A DNA stretch of 64,000 bases from the human T2T-CHM13v2.0 reference genome, Homo sapiens: the NCBI RefSeq assembly GCF_009914755.1, contig NC_060928.1; one strand, 5' to 3'. Position 1 is the stretch's first letter; each line of letters starts with the position of its first letter. A program made the position numbers and the translations under genes. Under the pieces are notes generated by a model. That model ran no database searches, was not told where the DNA came from, and saw nothing but the letters and a program-made list of their open reading frames with translations. Shown in pieces: positions 40,340 through 52,069 of this stretch.

Positions 40340-43300
40340 CATTCTCAGAAACTTGTTTGTGATGTGTGTATTCAACTAACAGAGTTGAACTTTTGTTTTT
40401 ACAGAGCCGTTTTAAAACACTCTTTTTGTGGAATCAGAAAGTGGATATTCGGATGGCTCTGAGGATTTCGTTGGAAGCGGGATTACATATAAAATCTAGA
40501 GAGAAGCATTCTCAGGAACTTCTTTGTGATGTTTGCATTGAAGTCACAGAATTGAACATTCACTTTGATAGAGCAGGTTTGAAACACTCATTCTGTAGTA
40601 TCTGGAAGTGGACATTTCAAGCGCTTTCAGGCCTATGGTGAGAAAGGAAATATCTTCGAATAAAAACTAGACAGAAGCATCCTCAGAAACTTATTTGTGA
40701 TGTGTGTCCTCAACTAACAGAGTTGAAACTTTGTTTTGATACAGCATTTTGGAAACACTCTTTTTGTAGAATCTGCAGGTGGATATTTGGATAGCTTAGA
40801 GGGATTCGTTGGAAAGGGGATATCTTCATATAAAATCTAGACAGAAGCATTCTCAGAAACTTATTTGTGATGTGTGTCCTCAACTAACAGAGATGAACCT
40901 TGGTTTTGATACAGCATTTTGGAAACGCTCCTTTTGTAGAATCTGCAGGTGGATATGTGGATAGCTCTGAAGATTTCGTTGGAAACGGGAATTTCTTCAT
41001 ATAAAATCAAACAGAAGCATTCTCAGAAACTTCTCAGTGATGTTTGCATTCAGCTCATGGAGTTGAACACTTCCTTTCATAGAGCCGGTTTGAAACACTC
41101 TTTCTGCACTACCTGGAAGAGGACATTTCGAGCGCTTTGAGTCCTATGGTGAAAAAGGAAATATCTTCTCATAAAAACCAGAAAGAAGCATTCTCAGAAA
41201 CTTCTTTGTGTTGTGTGTACTCATGTAACAGTGTTGAACCATCCTTTTGACAGAGCAGTTTTGAAACACTCTTTTTGTAGAATCTGCAAGTGGATATTTG
41301 GATAGCTTTGAGGATTTCGTTGGAAACGGGATGACATATAATATCTAGAGAGAAGCATTCTCAGGAACTTCTTTGTGATGTTTGCATTCAAGTCACAGAA
41401 TTGAACATTCCCTTTCATAGAGCAGGTTTGAAACACTCTTTCTCTAGTATCTGGAAGTGGGCATTTCAAGCGCTTTCAGGCCTATGGAGAGAAAGGAAAT
41501 ACCTTCAAATAAAAACTAGACAGAAGCATTCTCAGAAACTTATTTGTGATGTGTGTCCTCAACTAACAGAGTTGAACCTTTGTTTTGATACAGCATTTTG
41601 GAAACACTCCTTTTGTAGAATCTGCAGGTGGATATTTGGATAACTTTGAAGATTTCGTTGGAAACCGGAATATCTTCATATAAAATCAAGACAGAAGCAT
41701 TCTCGGAAACATCTCTGTGATGTTTGCATTCAACTCAGTAGAGTTGAACACTTCCTTTCATAGAGCAGGTTTGAAACACTCTTTCTGCACTACCTGGAAG
41801 CGGACATTTCGAGCGCTTTGAGGCCTATGGTGAAAAAGGAAATATCTTCTCATAAAAACCAGAAAGAAGCATTCTCAGAAACTTCTTTGTGTTGTGTGTA
41901 CTCAAGTAACAGTGTTGAACCTTCCTTTTGACACAGCAGTTTTGAAACACTCTTTTGGTAGAATCTGCAAGTGGATATTTGGATAGCTTTGAGGATTTCG
42001 TTGGAAACGGGTTATCTTCATATAAAATCCAGACAGGAGCATTCTCAGAAACTTCTTTGTGCTGCATGTCCTCAATTCACAGAGCTGAACCTTTGTTTGG
42101 ATACAGCATTTTGGAAACATTCCTTTAGTAGAATCTGCAAGTTGATATTTAGATAGCTTTGAAGATTTCGTTGGAAACGGGAATATCTTCATAGAAAATC
42201 TAGACGGAAGCATTCTCAGAAACTGCTTTGTGATGTTTGCATTCAAGTCACAGAGTTGAATATTCCCTTTTATAGAGTAGGTTTGAAACACTCTTTCGGC
42301 ACTACCTGGAAGTGGATATTTCGAGCTCTTTGAGGCCTATGGTTAAAAGGAAATATCTTCCCATAAAAACTAGACAGAAGCCGTCTCAGAAACTTGTTTG
42401 TGATGTGTGTATTCAACTACCAGAGTTGAACATTTCTGTTACAGAGCAATTTTAAAACACTCTTTTTGTGGAATCTGAAAGTGGATAATTGGATAGCTTT
42501 GTGGATTTCGTTGGAAACGGGATGACGTATAAAATCTAGAGAGAAGCATTCTCAGGAACTTCTTTCTGATGTTTGCATTCAAGTCACAGAATTGAACATT
42601 CCTTTTCATAGTGCAGGTTTGAAACACTCTTTCTGTAGTATCTGGAAGTGGACATTTCAAGCGCTTTCAGGCCTACGGGGAGAAAGGAAATATCTTCAAA
42701 TAAAAACTAGACAGAAGGATTCTCAGAAACTTATTTGTGATGTGTGTCCTAAACGAACACAGTTGAACCTTTGTTTTGATACAGCATTTTGGAAACACTC
42801 CTTTTGTAGGATCTGCAGGTGGATATTTGGATAGATTTTAAGATTTCGTTGGAAACGGGAGTTTCTTCATAGAAACTCAAGACAGATGCATTCTCAGAAA
42901 CATCTCTGTGATGTTTGCATTCCACTCATAGAGTTGAAAACTTCCTTTCATAGAGCAGGTTTGAAACACTCTTTTTGTAATATTTGGAAGTGGACATTTG
43001 CAGCGCTTTGAGGCCTATGGTGAAAAAGGAAATATCTTCTCATAAAAACCAGAAACAAGCATTCTCAGAAACTTCTTTTTGATGTGTGTACTCAAGTAAC
43101 AGAGTTGAACCTTCCTTTTGACACAGCAGTTTTGAAACAATCTTTTTGTAGAATCTGCAAGTGGATATTTGGATAGCTTTGAGGATTTCGTTGGAAACGA
43201 GATATCTTCATATAAAATCTAGACAGAAGCATTCTCAGAAACTTCTTTGTGCTGTATGTCCTCAATTAACAGAGTTGAACCATTGCTTGGATACAGCATT

Positions 43301-43571
43301 TTGGAAACATTCCTTGAGTAGAATCTGCAAGTTGATATTTAGATAGATTTGAAGATTTCGTTGGAAAAGGGAATATCTCCATAGAAAATCTAGAGGGAAG
43401 CATTCTCAGAAACTGCTTTGTGATGTTTCCATTCAAGTCACAGAGTTGAATATTCCCTTTTATAGAGCACGTTTGAAACACTCTTTCTGCACTATCTGGA
43501 AGTGGACATTTCGAGCGCTTTGAGGCCTATGGTGAAAAAGGAAATATCTTCCCATAAAAACTAGACAGAAG
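40340..43571 (+). repeat. U18: 19-mer HOR (U8 type)
   Basis: 3,232-bp spacing; A40893, A43200. Confidence 0.95.
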
Positions 43572-44588
43572 CATTCTCAGAAACTTGTTTGTGATGTGTG
43601 TATTCAACTAACAGAGTTGAACTTTTGTTTTTACAGAGCCGTTTTAAAACACTCTTTTTGTGGAATCAGAAAGTGGATATTCGGATGGCTCTGAGGATTT
43701 CGTTGGAAGCGGGATTACATATAAAATCTAGAGAGAAGCATTCTCAGGAACTTCTTTGTGATGTTTGCATTGAAGTCACAGAATTGAACATTCACTTTGA
43801 TAGAGCAGGTTTGAAACACTCATTCTGTAGTATCTGGAAGTGGACATTTCAAGCGCTTTCAGGCCTATGGTGAGAAAGGAAATATCTTCGAATAAAAACT
43901 AGACAGAAGCATCCTCAGAAACTTATTTGTGATGTGTGTCCTCAACTAACAGAGTTGAAACTTTGTTTTGATACAGCATTTTGGAAACACTCCTTTTGTA
44001 GAATCTGCAGGTGGATATGTGGATAGCTCTGAAGATTTCGTTGGAAACGGGAATTTCTTCATATAAAATCAAACAGAAGCATTCTCAGAAACTTCTCAGT
44101 GATGTTTGCATTCAGCTCATGGAGTTGAACACTTCCTTTCATAGAGCCGGTTTGAAACACTCTTTCTGCACTACCTGGAAGAGGCCATTTCGAGCGCTTT
44201 GAGTCCTATGGTGAAAAAGGAAATATCTTCTCATAAAAACCAGAAAGAAGCATTCTCAGAAACTTCTTTGTGTTGTGTGTACTCATGTAACAGTGTTGAA
44301 CCATCCTTTTGACAGAGCAGTTTTGAAACACTCTTTTTGTAGAATCTGCAAGTGGATATTTGGATAGCTTTGAGGATTTCGTTGGAAACGGGATGACATA
44401 TAATATCTAGAGAGAAGCATTCTCAGGAACTTCTTTGTGCTGTTTGCATTCAAGTCACAGAATTGAACATTCCCTTTCATAGTGCAGATTTGAAACACTC
44501 TTTCTCTAGTATCTGGAAGTGGGCATTTCAAGCGCTTTCAGGTCTATTGAGAGAAAGGAAATACCTTCAAATAAAAACTAGACAGAAG
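43572..44588 (+). repeat. U19: 6-mer variant (U4/U14 type)
   Basis: 1,017-bp spacing; catagTgcagattt; private caggTctattg. Confidence 0.93.
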
Positions 44589-47500
44589 CATTCTCAGAAA
44601 CTTGTTTGTGATGTGTGTATTCAACTAACAGAGTTGAACTTTTGTTTTTACAGAGCCGTTTTAAAACACTCTTTTTGTGGAATCAGAAAGTGGATATTCG
44701 GATGGCTCTGAGGATTTCGTTGGAAGCGGGATTACATATAAAATCTAGAGAGAAGCATTCTCAGGAACTTCTTTGTGATGTTTGCATTGAAGTCACAGAA
44801 TTGAACATTCACTTTGATAGAGCAGGTTTGAAACACTCATTCTGTAGTATCTGGAAGTGGACATTTCAAGCGCTTTCAGGCCTATGGTGAGAAAGGAAAT
44901 ATCTTCGAATAAAAACTAGACAGAAGCATCCTCAGAAACTTATTTGTGATGTGTGTCCTCAACTAACAGAGTTGAAACTTTGTTTTGATACAGCATTTTG
45001 GAAACACTCTTTTTGTAGAATCTGCAGGTGGATATTTGGATAGCTTAGAGGGATTCGTTGGAAAGGGGATATCTTCATATAAAATCTAGACAGAAGCATT
45101 CTCAGAAACTTATTTGTGATGTGTGTCCTCAACTAACAGAGTTGAACCTTGGTTTTGATACAGCATTTTGGAAACACTCCTTTTGTAGAATCTGCAGGTG
45201 GATATGTGGATAGCTCTGAAGATTTCGTTGGAAACGGGAATTTCTTCATATAAAATCAAACAGAAGCATTCTCAGAAACTTCTCAGTGATGTTTGCATTC
45301 AGCTCATGGAGTTGAACACTTCCTTTCATAGAGCCGGTTTGAAACACTCTTTCTGCACTACCTGGAAGAGGACATTTCGAGCGCTTTGAGTCCTATGGTG
45401 AAAAAGGAAATATCTTCTCATAAAAACCAGAAAGAAGCATTCTCAGAAACTTCTTTGTGTTGTGTGTACTCATGTAACAGTGTTGAACCATCCTTTTGAC
45501 AGAGCAGTTTTGAAACACTCTTTTTGTAGAATCTGCAAGTGGATATTTGGATAGCTTTGAGGATTTCGTTGGAAACGGGATGACATATAATATCTAGAGA
45601 GAAGCATTCTCAGGAACTTCTTTGTGATGTTTGCATTCAAGTCACAGAATTGAACATTCCCTTTCATAGAGCAGGTTTGAAACACTCTTTCTCTAGTATC
45701 TGGAAGTGGGCATTTCAAGCGCTTTCAGGCCTATGGAGAGAAAGGAAATACCTTCAAATAAAAACTAGACAGAAGCATTCTCAGAAACTTATTTGTGATG
45801 TGTGTCCTCAACTAACAGAGTTGAACCTTTGTTTTGATACAGCATTTTGGAAACACTCCTTTTGTAGAATCTGCAGGTGGATATTTGGATAACTTTGAAG
45901 ATTTCGTTGGAAACCGGAATATCTTCATATAAAATCAAGACAGAAGCATTCTCGGAAACATCTCTGTGATGTTTGCATTCAACTCAGTAGAGTTGAACAC
46001 TTCCTTTCATAGAGCCGGTTTGAAACACTCTTTCTGCACTACCTGGAAGCGGACATTTCGAGCGCTTTGAGGCCTATGGTGAAAAAGGAAATAGCTTCTC
46101 ATAAAAACCAGAAAGAAGCATTCTCAGAAACTTCTTTGTGTTGTGTGTACTCAAGTAACAGTGTTGAACCTTCCTTTTGACACAGCAGTTTTGAAACACT
46201 CTTTTGGTAGAATCTGCAAGTGGATATTTGGATAGCTTTGAGGATTTCGTTGGAAACGGGTTATCTTCATATAAAATCCAGACAGGAGCATTCTCAGAAA
46301 CTTCTTTGTGCTGCATGTCCTCAATTCACAGAGCTGAACCTTTGTTTGGATACAGCATTTTGGAAACATTCCTTTAGTAGAATCTGCAAGTTGATATTTA
46401 GATAGCTTTGAAGATTTCGTTGGAAACGGGAATATCTTCATAGAAAATCTAGACGGAAGCATTCTCAGAAACTGCTTTGTGATGTTTGCATTCAAGTCAC
46501 AGAGTTGAATATTCCCTTTTATAGAGTAGGTTTGAAACACTCTTTCGGCACTACCTGGAAGTGGATATTTCGAGCTCTTTGAGGCCTATGGTTAAAAGGA
46601 AATATCTTCCCATAAAAACTAGACAGAAGCCGTCTCAGAAACTTGTTTGTGATGTGTGTATTCAACTACCAGAGTTGAACATTTCTGTTACAGAGCAATT
46701 TTAAAACACTCTTTTTGTGGAATCTGAAAGTGGATAATTGGATAGCTTTGTGGATTTCGTTGGAAACGGGATGACGTATAAAATCTAGAGAGAAGCATTC
46801 TCAGGAACTTCTTTGTGATGTTTGCATTCAAGTCACAGAATTGAACATTCCTTTTCATAGTGCAGGTTTGAAACACTCTTTCTGTAGTATCTGGAAGTGG
46901 ACATTTCAAGCGCTTTCAGGCCTACGGGGAGAAAGGAAATATCTTCAAATAAAAACTAGACAGAAGGATTCTCAGAAACTTATTTGTGATGTGTGTCCTA
47001 AACGAACACAGTTGAACCTTTGTTTAGATACAGCATTTTGGAAACACTCCTTTTGTAGGATCTGCAGGTGGATATTTGGATAGATTTTAAGATTTCGTTG
47101 GAAACGGGAGTTTCTTCATAGAAACTCAAGACAGATGCATTCTCAGAAACATCTCTGTGATGTTTGCATTCCACTCATAGAGTTGAAAACTTCCTTTCAT
47201 AGAGCAGGTTTGAAACACTCTTTTTGTAATATTTGGAAGTGGACATTTGCAGCGCTTTGAGGCCTATGGTGAAAAAGGAAATATCTTCTCATAAAAACCA
47301 GAAACAAGCATTCTCAGAAACTTCTTTTTGATGTGTGTACTCAAATAACAGAGTTGAACCTTCCTTTTGACACAGCAGTTTTGAAACAATCTTTTTGTAG
47401 AATCTGCAAGTGGATATTTGGATAGCTTTGAGGATTTCGTTGGAAACGGGATATCTTCATATAAAATCTAGACAGAAGCATTCTCAGAAACTTCTTTGTG

Positions 47501-47820
47501 CTGTATGTCCTCAATTAACAGAGTTGAACCATTGCTTGGATACAGCATTTTGGAAACATTCCTTGAGTAGAATCTGCAAGTTGATATTGAGATAGATTTG
47601 AAGATTTCGTTGGAAAAGGGAATATCTCCATATAAAATCTAGACGGAAGCATTCTCAGAAACTGCTTTGTGATGTTTCCATTCAAGTCACAGAGTTGAAT
47701 ATTCCCTTTTATAGAGCACGTTTGAAACACTCTTTCTGCACTATCTGGAAGTGGACATTTCGAGCGCTTTGAGGCCTATGGTGAAAAAGGAAATATCTTC
47801 CCATAAAAATTAGACAGAAG
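44589..47820 (+). repeat. U20: 19-mer HOR (U5 type)
   Basis: 3,232-bp spacing; G46094. Confidence 0.95.
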
Positions 47821-48837
47821 CATTCTCAGAAACTTGTTTGTGATGTGTGTATTCAACTAACAGAGTTGAACTTTTGTTTTTACAGAGCCGTTTTAAAACA
47901 CTCTTTTTGTGGAATCAGAAAGTGGATATTCGGATGGCTCTGAGGATTTCGTTGGAAGCGGGATTACATATAAAATCTAGAGAGAAGCATTCTCAGGAAC
48001 TTCTTTGTGATGTTTGCATTGAAGTCACAGAATTGAACATTCACTTTGATAGAGCAGGTTTGAAACACTCATTCTGTAGTATCTGGAAGTGGACATTTCA
48101 AGCGCTTTCAGGCCTATGGTGAAAAAGGAAATATCTTCGAATAAAAACTAGACAGAAGCATCCTCAGAAACTTATTTGTGATGTGTGTCCTCAACTAACA
48201 GAGTTGAAACTTTGTTTTGATACAGCATTTTGGAAACACTCCTTTTGTAGAATCTGCAGGTGGATATGTGGATAGCTCTGAAGATTTCGTTGGAAACGGG
48301 AATTTCTTCATATAAAATCAAACAGAAGCATTCTCAGAAACTTCTCAGTGATGTTTGCATTCAGCTCATGGAGTTGAACACTTCCTTTCATAGAGCCGGT
48401 TTGAAACACTCTTTCTGCACTACCTGGAAGAGGACATTTCGAGCGCTTTGAGTCCTATGGTGAAAAAGGAAATATCTTCTCATAAAAACCAGAAAGAAGC
48501 ATTCTCAGAAACTTCTTTGTGTTGTGTGTACTCATGTAACAGTGTTGAACCATCCTTTTGACAGAGCAGTTTTGAAACACTCTTTTTGTAGAATCTGCAA
48601 GTGGATATTTGGATAGCTTTGAGGATTTCGTTGGAAACGGGATGACATATAATATCTAGAGAGAAGCATTCTCAGGAACTTCTTTGTGCTGTTTGCATTC
48701 AAGTCACAGAATTGAACATTCCCTTTCATAGAGCAGATTTGAAACACTCTTTCTCTAGTATCTGGAAGTGGGCATTTCAAGCGCTTTCAGGCCTATTGAG
48801 AGAAAGGAAATACCTTCAAATAAAAACTAGACAGAAG
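47821..48837 (+). repeat. U21: 6-mer variant (U6 type)
   Basis: 1,017-bp spacing; shares U6 SNPs. Confidence 0.93.
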
Positions 48838-51800
48838 CATTCTCAGAAACTTGTTTGTGATGTGTGTATTCAACTAACAGAGTTGAACTTTTGTTTTTAC
48901 AGAGCCGTTTTAAAACACTCTTTTTGTGGAATCAGAAAGTGGATATTCGGATGGCTCTGAGGATTTCGTTGGAAGCGGGATTACATATAAAATCTAGAGA
49001 GAAGCATTCTCAGGAACTTCTTTGTGATGTTTGCATTGAAGTCACAGAATTGAACATTCACTTTGATAGAGCAGGTTTGAAACACTCATTCTGTAGTATC
49101 TGGAAGTGGACATTTCAAGCGCTTTCAGGCCTATGGTGAGAAAGGAAATATCTTCGAATAAAAACTAGACAGAAGCATCCTCAGAAACTTATTTGTGATG
49201 TGTGTCCTCAACTAACAGAGTTGAAACTTTGTTTTGATACAGCATTTTGGAAACACTCTTTTTGTAGAATCTGCAGGTGGATATTTGGATAGCTTAGAGG
49301 GATTCGTTGGAAAGGGGATATCTTCATATAAAATCTAGACAGAAGCATTCTCAGAAACTTATTTGTGATGTGTGTCCTCAACTAACAGAGTTGAACCTTG
49401 GTTTTGATACAGCATTTTGGAAACACTCCTTTTGTAGAATCTGCAGGTGGATATGTGGATAGCTCTGAAGATTTCGTTGGAAACGGGAATTTCTTCATAT
49501 AAAATCAAACAGAAGCATTCTCAGAAACTTCTCAGTGATGTTTGCATTCAGCTCATGGAGTTGAACACTTCCTTTCATAGAGCCGGTTTGAAACACTCTT
49601 TCTGCACTACCTGGAAGAGGACATTTCGAGCGCTTTGAGTCCTATGGTGAAAAAGGAAATATCTTCTCATAAAAACCAGAAAGAAGCATTCTCAGAAACT
49701 TCTTTGTGTTGTGTGTACTCATGTAACAGTGTTGAACCATCCTTTTGACAGAGCAGTTTTGAAACACTCTTTTTGTAGAATCTGCAAGTGGATATTTGGA
49801 TAGCTTTGAGGATTTCGTTGGAAACGGGATGACATATAATATCTAGAGAGAAGCATTCTCAGGAACTTCTTTGTGATGTTTGCATTCAAGTCACAGAATT
49901 GAACATTCCCTTTCATAGAGCAGGTTTGAAACACTCTTTCTCTAGTATCTGGAAGTGGGCATTTCAAGCGCTTTCAGGCCTATGGAGAGAAAGGAAATAC
50001 CTTCAAATAAAAACTAGACAGAAGCATTCTCAGAAACTTATTTGTGATGTGTGTCCTCAACTAACAGAGTTGAACCTTTGTTTTGATACAGCATTTTGGA
50101 AACACTCCTTTTGTAGAATCTGCAGGTGGATATTTGGATAACTTTGAAGATTTCGTTGGAAACCGGAATATCTTCATATAAAATCAAGACAGAAGCATTC
50201 TCGGAAACATCTCTGTGATGTTTGCATTCAACTCAGTAGAGTTGAACACTTCCTTTCATAGAGCAGGTTTGAAACACTCTTTCTGCACTACCTGGAAGCG
50301 GACATTTCGAGCGCTTTGAGGCCTATGGTGAAAAAGGAAATATCTTCTCATAAAAACCAGAAAGAAGCATTCTCAGAAACTTCTTTGTGTAGTGTGTACT
50401 CAAGTAACAGTGTTGAACCTTCCTTTTGACACAGCAGTTTTGAAACACTCTTTTGGTAGAATCTGCAAGTGGATATTTGGATAGCTTTGAGGATTTCGTT
50501 GGAAACGGGTTATCTTCATATAAAATCCAGACAGGAGCATTCTCAGAAACTTCTTTGTGCTGCATGTCCTCAATTCACAGAGCTGAACCTTTGTTTGGAT
50601 ACAGCATTTTGGAAACATTCCTTTAGTAGAATCTGCAAGTTGATATTTAGATAGCTTTGAAGATTTCGTTGGAAACGGGAATATCTTCATAGAAAATCTA
50701 GACGGAAGCATTCTCAGAAACTGCTTTGTGATGTTTGCATTCAAGTCACAGAGTTGAATATTCCCTTTTATAGAGTAGGTTTGAAACACTCTTTCGGCAC
50801 TACCTGGAAGTGGATATTTCGAGCTCTTTGAGGCCTATGGTTAAAAGGAAATATCTTCCCATAAAAACTAGACAGAAGCCGTCTCAGAAACTTGTTTGTG
50901 ATGTGTGTATTCAACTACCAGAGTTGAACATTTCTGTTACAGAGCAATTTTAAAACACTCTTTTTGTGGAATCTGAAAGTGGATAATTGGATAGCTTTGT
51001 GGATTTCGTTGGAAACGGGATGACGTATAAAATCTAGAGAGAAGCATTCTCAGGAACTTCTTTGTGATGTTTGCATTCAAGTCACAGAATTGAACATTCC
51101 TTTTCATAGTGCAGGTTTGAAACACTCTTTCTGTAGTATCTGGAAGTGGACATTTCAAGCGCTTTCAGGCCTACGGGGAGAAAGGAAATATCTTCAAATA
51201 AAAACTAGACAGAAGGATTCTCAGAAACTTATTTGTGATGTGTGTCCTAAACGAACACAGTTGAACCTTTGTTTTGATACAGCATTTTGGAAACACTCCT
51301 TTTGTAGGATCTGCAGGTGGATATTTGGATAGATTTTAAGATTTCGTTGGAAACGGGAGTTTCTTCATAGAAACTCAAGACAGATGCATTCTCAGAAACA
51401 TCTCTGTGATGTTTGCATTCCACTCATAGAGTTGAAAACTTCCTTTCATAGAGCAGGTTTGAAACACTCTTTTTGTAATATTTGGAAGTGGACATTTGCA
51501 GCGCTTTGAGGCCTATGGTGAAAAAGGAAATATCTTCTCATAAAAACCAGAAACAAGCATTCTCAGAAACTTCTTTTTGATGTGTGTACTCAAGTAACAG
51601 AGTTGAACCTTCCTTTTGACACAGCAGTTTTGAAACAATCTTTTTGTAGAATCTGCAAGTGGATATTTGGATAGCTTTGAGGATTTCGTTGGAAACGGGA
51701 TATCTTCATATAAAATCTAGACAGAAGCATTCTCAGAAACTTCTTTGTGCTGTATGTCCTCAATTAACAGAGTTGAACCATTGCTTGGATACAGCATTTT

Positions 51801-52069
51801 GGAAACATTCCTTGAGTAGAATCTGCAAGTTGATATTTAGATAGATTTGAAGATTTCGTTGGAAAAGGGAATATCTCCATAGAAAATCTAGAGGGAAGCA
51901 TTCTCAGAAACTGCTTTGTGATGTTTCCATTCAAGTCACAGAGTTGAATATTCCCTTTTATAGAGCACGTTTGAAACACTGTTTCTGCACTATCTGGAAG
52001 TGGACATTTCGAGCGCTTTGAGGCCTATGGTGAAAAAGGAAATATCTTCCCATAAAAACTAGACAGAAG
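48838..52069 (+). repeat. U22: 19-mer HOR (U7 type)
   Basis: 3,232-bp spacing; A50391, G51981. Confidence 0.95.
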
